Part shown: positions 20,282 to 30,464 of the stretch, piece after piece
How the letters are laid out: each line of letters starts with the position of its first letter
Numbering within the stretch: position 1 is the first letter of the stretch
Source: an uncultured Solirubrobacteraceae bacterium
GTDB lineage: Bacteria; Actinomycetota; Thermoleophilia; Solirubrobacterales; Solirubrobacteraceae
Direction of reading: 5' to 3'
DNA length: 64,000 nt
NCBI GenBank assembly: GCA_963730575.1
Contig: CAVSSG010000002.1
Span: forward strand, 359,707 to 423,706
The notes under the pieces: model-generated
The model's database searches: none
The model's input: the letters and a program-made list of their open reading frames with translations, nothing else
What the model was told of the DNA's origin: nothing
Position numbers and translations under genes: made by a program

Positions 20282-20313
20282 CTGCAGAAGTGCCTGCAAA
20301 TGGGCCGGTTTTA

Positions 20314-21823
20314 GTAAGCGTTCAGTTGGTTGGGGGACATGATCCCGGCGCGTCGAATCCCTATGCGTGGAGCGCTCTGAAGCGGAGGCGATCTACGACG
20401 CCGGACGCGAGGTCGTGGTCGAGGTGCTGCTGCGGATGGACGAGCAGATCCGCAGGCTGGAGGCCCGTGTCGCTCGTCAAGACGAGCGGATCGCCCAGCT
20501 CGAGCGGCGGCTGAACCGCAGCTCGCGGAACTCCTCGTCTCCGCCGAGCTCAGATCCGCCCAACCGGACGTCCGAGCGCGGCAAGGACCCATCCGGGCGC
20601 AAACGCGGTGGCCAGCCCGGTCACGAGGGGCGCGGACGGGATCTGTTGCCGGCGTTGGCGGTGGACGAGGTGATCGAGCACTGGCCCTCGCGCTGCGGTT
20701 GCGGACACGTCTTCGGCGAGCAGGAGCACGACCGGGCTGGAGAGCCAGTCGTTCACCAGATCGAAGAGCTACCCGAGCTGACCGTGAGAGTGATCGAGCA
20801 CCGTGCCCAGCGCCTTTGCTGCCCGCGCTGTGGGCGCAGATCTCGTGCGCAGCTGCCGCGGGAGCTCACTGCGAGCTCCTTCGGTCCCCGCCTTCAGGCA
20901 GCGCTCGTAGCGCTCTCGGTGCGCAACCGTGTCTCCCGTCGTGACGTGGTCGAGCTCGGCGAAGAGCTTTTCGGTGCCCGCCTGTCGACGGGAAGCGTCG
21001 ATACCCTCCTCACCCGCGCCAGCGAAGCGCTCGCCGAGCCCTATGAGGACCTGCTCGGGCGGGTTCGCGATGCGGGGGCGCTCAACGCGGATGAGACGGG
21101 CTGGCGCACCGCCGGAGAGCGCCGCGCGCTGTGGGGCCTTTTCACCAGCCGTCACGCCTTCTTCCAGGTCGCGCGGGACCGTCACGAGGACCACGCCAAG
21201 AGCCTGCTCGCCGACACCCAGGCGGTCGTCACCTCTGACCGCTGGTGGGCATACCGCAACCTGCCTTTGCGCCGCCGCCAGCTCTGCTGGTCTCATTTGC
21301 AGCGCGACTTCGTTGCCCATGCCGAAGGACTCGCCGCCGAGAAAGAGTTCGGCGAGCACGGCCTTGAGCTCTCACACGAAGTGCTCTCGGCTTGGGAGAC
21401 CTTCCAACACACCCACGACCGGCGCGAGCTCAAGCGCACGATCACCCGGCTGGCACGCACCTACAAGCCGATCATCGCCAGCTACGCCGCTAAGCGAGCT
21501 CGCAACAAACGCTGTCGCGGCATGGCGCGCAACCTTCTCAAGGCCTGGCCCGCGCTCTGGAGCTTCGCTAAACACGACGGCGTGGAGCCAACGAACAACC
21601 ACGCTGAGCGTGGCCTTCGCGGCGCAGTCATCTACCGCAAGCTCTCCCTCGGCACCCAATCCCAGGGCGGCGAGCGGCGCATCGAGCGACTGCTCTCCGC
21701 CCACACCACCTGCCGCCTACAACACCGCTCGCTCTACGACTACCTCAGCGAGCTCCTCACCGCCCACGCACGTGGCGACCCACTGCCACTGCTCGCCTGA
21801 CCAGCGACCCACTGAACGCTTAC
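20314..21823 (+). mobile_element. IS66-family element (single-ORF, ISBst12-like), copy 1
   Basis: Terminal IRs GTAAGCGTTCAG / CTGAACGCTTAC; left flank cggtttta, right flank not duplicated. Confidence 0.93.
20367..21800 (+). CDS. IS66-family transposase
   Basis: NSSSPPSSD, GGQPGHEG, ADETGW, QLCWSHLQRDF, PTNNHAERGLR. Confidence 0.95.
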   Translation: MERSEAEAIYDAGREVVVEVLLRMDEQIRRLEARVARQDERIAQLERRLNRSSRNSSSPPSSDPPNRTSERGKDPSGRKRGGQPGHEGRGRDLLPALAVDEVIEHWPSRCGCGHVFGEQEHDRAGEPVVHQIEELPELTVRVIEHRAQRLCCPRCGRRSRAQLPRELTASSFGPRLQAALVALSVRNRVSRRDVVELGEELFGARLSTGSVDTLLTRASEALAEPYEDLLGRVRDAGALNADETGWRTAGERRALWGLFTSRHAFFQVARDRHEDHAKSLLADTQAVVTSDRWWAYRNLPLRRRQLCWSHLQRDFVAHAEGLAAEKEFGEHGLELSHEVLSAWETFQHTHDRRELKRTITRLARTYKPIIASYAAKRARNKRCRGMARNLLKAWPALWSFAKHDGVEPTNNHAERGLRGAVIYRKLSLGTQSQGGERRIERLLSAHTTCRLQHRSLYDYLSELLTAHARGDPLPLLA

Positions 21824-21831
21824 GCAAACTA

Positions 21832-23456
21832 AGCCTTGATCCACCGTTTGTAGAGGGCGTGGCAGCTGGCGGCGGCTTTGCACGGGCTGAGGCCAGTTGA
21901 GGCCGTCGGTGATGCGTGTTGGGCGCGGAAGCGCTCGGCTTGGAGGTCTCGGGCGAAGCAGAGACGCTCAGGATGCGGGTGTTTCGACAAGGCGGGAGCT
22001 TCGCCGGTGGCGTGTGCTCCTGCGTTTGTCTTCGAGGCGGCTCAGGCGATGGCGGGGAGCGCTCGGATGCGCGTGAGCGCTTGGGTGAAGTCGGTCTGCC
22101 AGGGCCAGCGGGCGGGCAGGTGAATCGTTGATCGTCGTGCGGTGCGGGTGATCCTTCCGGGCAGGCTGAACAGTCGCCGGCGGGTGGTGGCCGCCGTTCT
22201 GGGTGTCGGGTCGCTGAGTCCGAGCAGGGCGCTCCAGCGCGAGAGGTTGTGCGCTAGGCAGGCGATGACCGTCCAGGCGCTGTTGGCGCTGAAGTGACCG
22301 GAGGGGAAGTGCGCGAGGGCTTGGTCTTTGAGGTCGCGGATGACCAGCTCAACGACGGCGTGCTGGCGATGCTCAGCATCGACGAGATGCATCGGCTCTG
22401 AGCGGTTGGTGATGAACGAGTGGTGTCGCCAGTAGGTAAACAGCTCGCCTTGGTCCTCCTGGACGCGCAGGTGCACCCGGCGCACGATCAGCCGCTCATC
22501 GCCGAGGGTCGTCTCGGCCAGCTCACAGACCCCCGTGTCCGGATAGTCCTCGACGGGCTGCCAGTCCTCATCCGGGATCTGGGCGATCCGCGCCGCGACA
22601 GCCGGGTGCATGTTCACGCCGATCGAGAAGCGGCAGCCCTGCTTCTTGAGATAGGCGCAGACCTTCTTGTTCCAGAATCCCGAGTCGCCGCGCAGCAGGA
22701 TCTCACCACTCGCGCCGGCGCGGCGGACCCTGGGGATGAGCTCTTGGACGAACCGCAGCGCGCCGCGCTGGGTGTTGGCCTGCCCCTTGCGCTGGCGGAC
22801 GTGCAGCACCTCGGCGGTGTCGCCCCGGCTGGCCATCAACGGGTGATAACCAAGCTGACCGGTGTAGCCATAGCCAGCGCCCTGCTTTGCGTGCCCGTGG
22901 ACCTCGCCCACGAACGAATCGATATCGATTACCAGGCGCTCCTCGTCTGGGCCGGCGCCCGCTGACCACGCTCGCGCCAGCGCAGTAGCGAGCATCTGGT
23001 CGAGCTGGCGAACATGCCCGAAGGTAAACGAGCGCAGAAACGTTCCAAGCATCGAGGGGGCCATCGCATGGTGGCCGAGAACCGCCTCGGTGCGCCCGAC
23101 GCGCAACAGATCGCAGTCATCGATGCTGTCGGCGCCGAGCAGCATCGCGTGCGCCAGCGAGAGCACCTTGCGCCCCGGACGCGCTGCCCCCGGGCGCTCA
23201 CCGAGATCGACGCTCTCATCGACCAGCGCCTCAATACCCAGCCGCTGTCCAAGCGTCACTGGCAGCAAGATCCCAGCGTTCGCGACAACACGCTCGTCAT
23301 CGAAGGCCACCGCTAGTCGGTCCGGACGGTCCTGCACCATAAGGGTGACCTCCTGTGCAGGACCCGCAGCCGCTGGCACGGCCCGTCTTGCCTGCTCAGG
23401 AGGTCATTTCACTGGCCCAACCGGACGACCCCGTCACAAAACGGTGGATCAAGGCT
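21832..23456 (-). mobile_element. IS1380-family element
   Basis: Perfect 21-bp inverted repeat at 21829-21849 and 23439-23459, which includes the flanking CTA/TAG target bases. Confidence 0.88.
22042..23340 (-). CDS. IS1380-family transposase
   Basis: IDIDS, GYHPL, LLRGDSGF, VELVIRDLKD, FSANSAW, LHLP-like IHLPARWPW; RBS AGGAGG before ATG 23340. Confidence 0.92.
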   Translation of the reverse strand: MVQDRPDRLAVAFDDERVVANAGILLPVTLGQRLGIEALVDESVDLGERPGAARPGRKVLSLAHAMLLGADSIDDCDLLRVGRTEAVLGHHAMAPSMLGTFLRSFTFGHVRQLDQMLATALARAWSAGAGPDEERLVIDIDSFVGEVHGHAKQGAGYGYTGQLGYHPLMASRGDTAEVLHVRQRKGQANTQRGALRFVQELIPRVRRAGASGEILLRGDSGFWNKKVCAYLKKQGCRFSIGVNMHPAVAARIAQIPDEDWQPVEDYPDTGVCELAETTLGDERLIVRRVHLRVQEDQGELFTYWRHHSFITNRSEPMHLVDAEHRQHAVVELVIRDLKDQALAHFPSGHFSANSAWTVIACLAHNLSRWSALLGLSDPTPRTAATTRRRLFSLPGRITRTARRSTIHLPARWPWQTDFTQALTRIRALPAIA

Positions 23457-23458
23457 TA

Positions 23459-23764
23459 GGCCCATACGGTGCGTCCGCCGTCCCGTTTAACAAAGAAGAA
23501 GTCGGTGTCGTTAGGGACGCGACCTCAGGCGTCGAAGTGAAGCTCGAATGCTATGTCAACGGACAGCTTGAAGAATCGCTGCTGTTCAGCCGAAGCTCGA
23601 CACCGCTCGAGCACGGCGGCACGAGCGCGGGCAAGCCGACGCTTATGGAATTAGGCGCGGGATCTGGCGAACTGGAAGCCCTGGGCGGGTCCGTGAAAGG
23701 CACGATCACGGGCAAGACCAAGCTCCTCGGCTTCGAAGAACAGGAACTCATAAGCGCCCAGTGA
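23459..23764 (+). pseudogene. C-terminal remnant of a hypothetical protein disrupted by IS1380 and IS66
   Basis: Removing the IS restores the in-frame AAA CTA GGC CCA TAC (KLGPY...); no start codon remains. Confidence 0.55.
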
Positions 23765-24099
23765 TGACTGCGCTCAGAGACGCCGATTGCGGGAGGGAGA
23801 CCCCCCTGCTGCCTGAGCAAGAGGTCACCTGGTTCAGACGGAGCGACCTCCTGGGTTTAGGCAGGCGCTCGTAGGTTGAATCGGCCAGTTCGACGGCGAG
23901 ATGGGCCGCAAGCCCGACGGCATCGACTACACGTCCCTAGAGGAGTTTCAGAACGACGCTTGACGCACGAACTCGTCCCGCACGGGCAGTACAGGGCATT
24001 CGCTGGCTCCCCGAGGCCGACGCGCTGGAAACGATCGAGATGAGCGCGTCTTAACGGCCTTCACGCAGTACACTCAGGCTCGGAAGAAGGGGAGGAGTC

Positions 24100-27000
24100 A
24101 TGGCGGACGGACATGGGGGGCTTAGTTCCGAGCGGCCTGCTAATTGGCGCGCGTCGGTCGGCGTGCGCTGGGCGGGGCCTGCGGTGCGCCTGGTGGTTGT
24201 CGCGGTTGCCCTCTTCAGCTCTGTGCTCACCCAGGCAGCGAGCGCGTATGGACCTGGGTTCTCTTGGACACCTTCTGCGACTGAGCCCTACGCGGCGTGC
24301 GGTCGTCCTACGCCTGGTCATGCTGAGTGCTTGGCGGTGCTCGTTCCGCCCGCCACAAAAGCCTCCTTGACCGCCCCGCTGCGAGAAGCCGCTCCGTCGG
24401 TGAGCCCGACCTACACGGGCACCGGTGTCGGGGGAGGCTATGGTCCCGCGGACCTGCGCTCCGCATACAATCTCCCCTCAGAAGCAGAGGGCTCCGGACA
24501 GACGGTGGCGATCGTCGACGCCTACAACGATCCCAATGCAGAAGTCGATCTGGGCACCTACCGCTCGCAGTATGGGATCCCGGCGTGCACGACGGCCAAC
24601 GGCTGCTTCAAGAAGGTCAACCAGACCGGGGGCACCACCAACTACCCATCGTCGAATGCCGAATGGTCCGTTGAGATCTCCCTCGACGTGGACATGGTGT
24701 CCGCCGCCTGCCCGAACTGCCACATCCTGCTGGTCGAGGCCGAATCGAGCTCAAGCGCCAACCTGGACAAATCCGAGGACGAGGCGGTCACGCTCGGGGC
24801 GACCGAGGTCAGTAACAGCTGGGTTGGCCCGGAGGAATCCGATGAGACATCGACGGACAAATATTTCGATCACCCGGGCGTGCCGATCGTGGCAGGGGCG
24901 GGCGACTCCGGTTACGGAGTCGCCTACCCGGCAGCCTCGCAGTATGTGATCGCCGCCGGCGGGACGAGGCTGATTCAGGCATCGAACTCGCGGGGGTGGA
25001 CTGAGACCGTCTGGGAGGAAAAAGAAAAGGGAATCGGCACGGGCAGCGGCTGCAGCGCCTATGAGCCAAAGCCAACCTGGCAGACCGATAAAGCATGTAC
25101 GCGGAGGACAGATGACGACATCGCGGCTGACGCCGCGGTGGAAACACCCGTCTCCGTAGCGGATTCATACGAACTTCCGACCAAGTTCGCCGAACGGTCG
25201 ACGCAGGCGGGATGGACGTTGGTGGGTGGGACTAGCGCCGCCAGCCCGTTCATCGCAGCGACGATGGCGCTGGCGAGCCCCCATACGAGATCACTCGGCG
25301 CCGAGGCGTTCTACATGGAGGCCACAAGCGGCGGCGGCATCAACGATGTGGTGTCCGGGAGCAACGGAAAATGCACGCCGCCCGCCGAAGACGAATATCT
25401 CTGCACCGCACAGGTCGGCTACGACGGGCCGACGGGCGTGGGCACCCCCTGGGGCGCCCCGCAGGCGCCGCCGACGGTCGTCACAAAAGCTGCCTCTTCC
25501 ATCACCCAGACCTCGGCCACCCTGAACGCAACGGCGAACCCCAACGGCGGGTCGGTCAGCGAATGCAAGCTCGAATACGGCACCACGACCTCCTACGGCT
25601 CAAGCGCGTCGTGCGCCCCATCGCCGGGGTCAGGTGAAAGCGCGGTGGCAGTGTCCGGGTCGATAGCGGGCCTGACTGCGAACACGACCTACCACTTCAG
25701 GATCTCGGCAGCCAACTCCGGCGGCACGACCAAGGGCTCAGACGAAACGTTCAAAACGACGGAAGCAGCCGCCACGCCCCCGACCGTCGAAACAAGAGCG
25801 GCCTCGGCGGTCAGCCAGACCACCGCGACCCTAAACGCGACCGTGAACCCCAACGCCGGGTCGGTCAGCGAATGCAAGCTCGAATACGGCCTAACAAACA
25901 CCTACGGGTCAAGTGCCACTTGCACGCCCTCGCCGGGATCGGGGACCAGCCCCGTAGCGGTCTCCGCGGCCGTCACGGGCCTTAGCCCGAACACCACCTA
26001 CCACTTCAGGATCTCCGCCACGAACGCGGGCGGCACGAGCAAGGGCTCTGACGAAACCTTCAAAACACTCGTGAGCCCACCAACCGTCGTGACCAAGGCG
26101 GCTTCATCGGTCGCGCAGACTACCGCGAGCCTGAACGCGAGCGTGAACCCCAACGGCGGGGAAGTCAGCAAGTGCGAATACGAATATGGCGAAACCGCTG
26201 CTTACGGGAAAACGGCTCAGTGCGGCTCGCCGCCCGGGTCGGGGACGAGCCCAGTCGAAGTCACGGCCTCGCTTACGGGGCTCACAGCGAACACCACCTA
26301 CCACTTCAGGATCTCAGCGACGAACGCGGGCGGAACCAGCAGGGGGTCTGACGAAACGTTCAGGACGCTGCCGAACCCTCCGACGGTCGCGACGTGCTCG
26401 GCGGCATCGATCACCCAGACCTCGGCGAGGTTGCACTGCACGGTTAACCCCGGCGGCGCCGAAGTCACCGAATGCAAGTTCGAATTCGGCACCACCAACT
26501 CATACGGCTCAAACGCCGCGTGCACGCCGCCGCCGGGGTCGGGGACCAGCCCGGTCGAAGTGTCCGCAGAAGTCACGGGCCTTAGCACAAACACGACGTA
26601 CCACTTCCGGATCTCGGCGACGAACTCCGGCGGCACGGGCACAGGCTCTGACGAAACGTTCACAACCCTGCCGAACGCCCCGATGGTCGTGACCAAAGCG
26701 GCCTCGGAAGTCAAACAGACGACAGCGACGCTGAACGCGACGGTCAACCCCAACGGCGGGAACGTCACCAAATGCGAATTCGAATACGGCGAAACGACCT
26801 TCTACGGCAACACGGCCTCCTGCGCCTCGCTGCCGGGTTCGGGGACGAGCGCCGTTGCGGTCTCCGCAGCGGTCACCGGCCTCGCAGCGAACACGACCTA
26901 CCACTTCCGCATCTCCGCGACGAACGGCGGCGGCACGAGCAAGGGGGCAGACGAAACGCTCAAAACGCTGCCCAACGCCCCAGCGGTCGTGACGAAACCG

Positions 27001-30000
27001 GCCTCCTCGGAAACGCAGACCACGGCGACGCTCAACGCGACCGTCAACCCCAACGGCGGGAACGTCGAAAAATGCGAATTCGAATACGGCGAAACGACCT
27101 CCTACGGCAAAACGGCCTCCTGCGCCTCGCTGCCGGGATCCGGAGAAAAACCGATAGCGGTGTCCGCGTCGGTCACGGGCCTTGCCGCGAACACCACCTA
27201 CCACTTCAGGATCTGGGCGACGAACGCGGGCGGCACGAGCAAAGGCTCTGATGAAACGGTCAAGACGCTCCCGAACGCCCCGACAGTCGTGACCAAACCG
27301 GCCTCGGAAATCAAACGGACGACAGCCACGCTGAAGGCGACGGTCAACCCCAACGGCGTGAACGTCGAAAAATGCGAATTCGAATACGCAGCCGCCGCGT
27401 ACTACGAACTGACGAAATCCTACGAAGTGGCCGTGGCGTGCACGTCGCTGCCGGGCTCGGGCACCAGCCCCGTCGCCGTCTCCGCGATGCTCACGAGCCT
27501 CACGGCGAACACGACGTACCACTTCCGGATCTCGGCGACGAACTCCGGCGGCACGGGCACAGGCTCTGACGAAACGTTCACAACCCCCCTGAACGCCCCA
27601 GCGGTCGTGACGAAACCGGCCTCCTCGGAAACGCAGACCACGGTGACGCTCAACGCGACCGTCAACCCCAACGGCGGGAACGTCGAAAAATGCGAATTCG
27701 AATACGGCGAAACGACCTCCTACGGGAAAACCGCCTCCTGCGCCTCGCTGCCGGGGTCGGGGACGAGCCCCGTCGAAGTGTCCGCAACGCTCACGGGCCT
27801 CACGGCAAACACGACCTACCACTTCCGCATCTCGGCGACGAACGCCGGCGGCACGAGCAAGGGCTCTGATGAAGCGTTCAAAACGCTGCCCAACGCCCCG
27901 ACGGTCGTGACGAAACCGGCCTCGGCGGTCACTCGGACATCGGCGACGCTGAACGCGACGGTCAATCCGAACGGCAGGGAAGTCACCGAATGCAAGTTCG
28001 AATACGGCGAAACCAAAGCGTACGGGTCCACGGTCCCCTGCACGCCGTCGAAACCGGGGTCTGGCAGCGGCCCGGTCGCGGTGTCCGCAGCGGTGACGGA
28101 CCTTGTCACGAATGTCAGGTACCACTTCAGGATCTCGGCGACCAACGCCGGCGGCACGAGCACGGGCGCAGACCAGAGATTCGAAACCGATCCCCCGACG
28201 GTGGTGACCCAGGGGGCCTCGTCGGTCACGCAGACCACGGCGACTCTCAACGCCAGCGTGAACCCCGGCGGCGAAGAACTCAGCGAATGCGAGTTCGAAT
28301 ACGGCACCACGACCGCCTACGGATCAAGCGCGCCGTGCTCCTCCACGCCCGAAGGCGTGGAATACCCCGTGCCCGTGTCCGCATCGATCTCCGGCCTCAC
28401 CGCCAACACGACCTACCACTTCCGCATCTCGGCCACCAATCCGAGCGGCCCGAGCAAGGGCACCGACGAAACGTTCAAAACGTCGCCGAACTGCACGGCC
28501 GAAGGCTACTGCGCGACCTTCACTGCCCCCAACAACATCGAAGGAAGCCTCAAGGAACCCGAAGCGCTGGCCGTTGACGGAAGCGGGAACACCTGGGTCG
28601 CGGACTCGGGCCACGACCGCGTCATCGAGTTCAACTCCAAACACGAATACCTCAGGCAGTTCGGCTCGGAAGGCACCGCCGAAGGCCAGTTCCAGGGGAT
28701 CAGGGGCATCGCCACGAACAAAGAAGGCGACGTCTACGTCTCCGACTACGCCAACGACCGCGTGCAGGAGTTCTCCCCGACGGGCGCCTTCATCCGCAAG
28801 TTCGGCTCTGCGGGCACCTCCGCCGGGCAGTTCCTGCATCCCACCGGACTCGCGGTCGACTCGAGCGGCAACGTGTGGGTACTCAGCAGCTTCGGCGTGA
28901 TCGTGCAGGAGTTCTCATCAGAAGGCACCTACATCTCGGGCTTCGGCTCGCTGGGCACGGGCTCCGGGCAGTTCGAGGGAGCGGCGGGCATCGCCATCTC
29001 CGGCGGGAACCTGTACATCTCCGAATGGTCTAACCAGCGCGTGCAGGAGTTCTCGTCCGCCGGCGTCTTCATTAGGGCCTTCGATGAAGCGGGCTCGGGC
29101 ACCGGCAAGTCGAGTTTGCCGTGGGGCATCGCCACAGAACCCTCCACGGGCAACCTCTACGTCGCAGAAGTCGGCAACGACCGTGTGCAGGAGTTCAGCT
29201 CCTCGGGGACCTTCATCGCCGCCTTCGGCTCGGCCGGCTCGGGCGCAGAACAGCTCTCTGCACCCAAGGGCGTCGCCGTAAGCTCCACAGGTGCGATCGC
29301 GATCGCCGACACGGGCAATCAGCGGATCGAGCAGTGGAGCTCAGGCGAACCCCCCACCTATACCGGCACCTTCACGGCCCCCAACAACATCGAAGGCGCC
29401 TTCAAGGAACCCGAAGCGCTGGCGGTCGACGGAAGCGGGAACATCTGGGTCGCGGACTCGGGCCACGACCGCGTCATCGAGTTCAACTCCAAACACGAAT
29501 ACCTCAGGCAGTTCGGCTCGGAAGGCAGCGGAGAAGGACAGTTCCAGGGGATCAGGGGCATCGCCGCAAACTCAGAAGGCGACGTCTACGTCTCCGACTA
29601 CGCCAACGACCGCGTGCAGGAGTTCTCCCCGACGGGCGCCTTCATCCGCAAGTTCGGCTCTGCGGGCACCTCCGCCGGGCAGTTCCTGCATCCCACCGGA
29701 CTCGCGGTCGACTCGAGCGGCAACGTGTGGGTGCTCAGCAGCTACGGCGTCATCGTGCAGGAGTTCTCATCAGAAGGCACCTACATCTCGGGCTTCGGCT
29801 CGCTGGGCACGGGCTCCGGGCAGTTCGAGGGAGCGGCGGGCATCGCCATCTCCGGCGGGAACCTGTACGTCTCTGAATGGGGCAACCAGCGCGTGCAGGA
29901 GTTCTCGACCGCCGGGCGATATATCATGCAGTTTGACGAAGCGAGCTCAGGCATATCCAGCCTGCCGTGGGGCGTCGCCACAGACCCGACGACGGGCAAC

Positions 30001-30198
30001 CTCTACGTCACAGAGGTCGGGAACAATCGCGTGCAGGAGTTCACTGCCGAAGGCAGCTTCATCGCCGCATTCGGCTCCCCCGGCTCTGGCAACACCCAGT
30101 TCTCAGGCCCTAGGGCGGTAGCCGTGAGTACCACCGGCACCATCTACGTCGCCGACACCCTCGACAATCGCATCGAGGAATGGATGCCGACGCCGTAG
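24100..30198 (+). CDS. Secreted S53 (sedolisin-like) peptidase with 10 FN3-like repeats and two NHL beta-propellers
   Basis: EISLD, AGAGDSG and GGTSAASP catalytic motifs; ten ~100-aa PTVVT...CEFEYG...TTYHFRISATN repeats; two near-identical NHL blocks. Confidence 0.92.
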   Translation: MADGHGGLSSERPANWRASVGVRWAGPAVRLVVVAVALFSSVLTQAASAYGPGFSWTPSATEPYAACGRPTPGHAECLAVLVPPATKASLTAPLREAAPSVSPTYTGTGVGGGYGPADLRSAYNLPSEAEGSGQTVAIVDAYNDPNAEVDLGTYRSQYGIPACTTANGCFKKVNQTGGTTNYPSSNAEWSVEISLDVDMVSAACPNCHILLVEAESSSSANLDKSEDEAVTLGATEVSNSWVGPEESDETSTDKYFDHPGVPIVAGAGDSGYGVAYPAASQYVIAAGGTRLIQASNSRGWTETVWEEKEKGIGTGSGCSAYEPKPTWQTDKACTRRTDDDIAADAAVETPVSVADSYELPTKFAERSTQAGWTLVGGTSAASPFIAATMALASPHTRSLGAEAFYMEATSGGGINDVVSGSNGKCTPPAEDEYLCTAQVGYDGPTGVGTPWGAPQAPPTVVTKAASSITQTSATLNATANPNGGSVSECKLEYGTTTSYGSSASCAPSPGSGESAVAVSGSIAGLTANTTYHFRISAANSGGTTKGSDETFKTTEAAATPPTVETRAASAVSQTTATLNATVNPNAGSVSECKLEYGLTNTYGSSATCTPSPGSGTSPVAVSAAVTGLSPNTTYHFRISATNAGGTSKGSDETFKTLVSPPTVVTKAASSVAQTTASLNASVNPNGGEVSKCEYEYGETAAYGKTAQCGSPPGSGTSPVEVTASLTGLTANTTYHFRISATNAGGTSRGSDETFRTLPNPPTVATCSAASITQTSARLHCTVNPGGAEVTECKFEFGTTNSYGSNAACTPPPGSGTSPVEVSAEVTGLSTNTTYHFRISATNSGGTGTGSDETFTTLPNAPMVVTKAASEVKQTTATLNATVNPNGGNVTKCEFEYGETTFYGNTASCASLPGSGTSAVAVSAAVTGLAANTTYHFRISATNGGGTSKGADETLKTLPNAPAVVTKPASSETQTTATLNATVNPNGGNVEKCEFEYGETTSYGKTASCASLPGSGEKPIAVSASVTGLAANTTYHFRIWATNAGGTSKGSDETVKTLPNAPTVVTKPASEIKRTTATLKATVNPNGVNVEKCEFEYAAAAYYELTKSYEVAVACTSLPGSGTSPVAVSAMLTSLTANTTYHFRISATNSGGTGTGSDETFTTPLNAPAVVTKPASSETQTTVTLNATVNPNGGNVEKCEFEYGETTSYGKTASCASLPGSGTSPVEVSATLTGLTANTTYHFRISATNAGGTSKGSDEAFKTLPNAPTVVTKPASAVTRTSATLNATVNPNGREVTECKFEYGETKAYGSTVPCTPSKPGSGSGPVAVSAAVTDLVTNVRYHFRISATNAGGTSTGADQRFETDPPTVVTQGASSVTQTTATLNASVNPGGEELSECEFEYGTTTAYGSSAPCSSTPEGVEYPVPVSASISGLTANTTYHFRISATNPSGPSKGTDETFKTSPNCTAEGYCATFTAPNNIEGSLKEPEALAVDGSGNTWVADSGHDRVIEFNSKHEYLRQFGSEGTAEGQFQGIRGIATNKEGDVYVSDYANDRVQEFSPTGAFIRKFGSAGTSAGQFLHPTGLAVDSSGNVWVLSSFGVIVQEFSSEGTYISGFGSLGTGSGQFEGAAGIAISGGNLYISEWSNQRVQEFSSAGVFIRAFDEAGSGTGKSSLPWGIATEPSTGNLYVAEVGNDRVQEFSSSGTFIAAFGSAGSGAEQLSAPKGVAVSSTGAIAIADTGNQRIEQWSSGEPPTYTGTFTAPNNIEGAFKEPEALAVDGSGNIWVADSGHDRVIEFNSKHEYLRQFGSEGSGEGQFQGIRGIAANSEGDVYVSDYANDRVQEFSPTGAFIRKFGSAGTSAGQFLHPTGLAVDSSGNVWVLSSYGVIVQEFSSEGTYISGFGSLGTGSGQFEGAAGIAISGGNLYVSEWGNQRVQEFSTAGRYIMQFDEASSGISSLPWGVATDPTTGNLYVTEVGNNRVQEFTAEGSFIAAFGSPGSGNTQFSGPRAVAVSTTGTIYVADTLDNRIEEWMPTP

Positions 30199-30390
30199 GG
30201 CCGGGCAACACCGCCCCGCGTGCCCGCGGCGGCGCCGGCATCCGCTGCTTCCCTTGGGCAGCGGTCCGGTTCTGCTGCCCAAACGCAGCCTGATCGGGCC
30301 TGATCCCGCCATATCCGCACGGCGAGGCAGGGGTCGCAATACCGCAGAAACGCGTGGGAATTGGGCGATCCAGCGACTCCGCCGTCCCGT

Positions 30391-30432
30391 TTTGCGAGCA
30401 GGAGGTCACCGGTTCGATCCCGGTTGGCTCCA
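30391..30432 (+). repeat. attR: 3' fragment of tRNA-Ala
   Basis: Matches 20240-20281 with one mismatch; lacks the 5' half. Confidence 0.9.
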
Positions 30433-30464
30433 TCGAGGAAGTGCGTGCAAATGGGCCGGTTTTA

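Larger units (their letters stand above)
20246..30432. mobile_element. Genomic island integrated in tRNA-Ala (attL in the tRNA, attR 30397-30432), no integrase left
   Basis: 36-bp identical direct repeat of the tRNA 3' half at 20246-20281 and 30397-30432. Confidence 0.8.

Noticed and set aside
26509-28125. 538-aa minus-strand ORF
   Set aside because: Antisense shadow of the repetitive high-GC peptidase gene.
25460-28490. ~300-bp tandem repeats as a possible CRISPR or other non-coding array
   Set aside because: They are in-frame FN3-like coding repeats with no spacer structure, and there are no cas genes.
28519-30180. Two near-identical NHL blocks as a DGR template/variable repeat pair
   Set aside because: The differences I inspected are not adenine-specific, both blocks are coding, and no reverse transcriptase is present.
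23474-30392. 15-bp direct repeat tccgccgtcccgttt at 23474 and 30378 flanking the peptidase
   Set aside because: One copy lies in a coding remnant and there is no associated recombinase; may be chance in GC-rich DNA.
30354-30432. Second tRNA-Ala gene
   Set aside because: Only the 3' half is present; it is attR.
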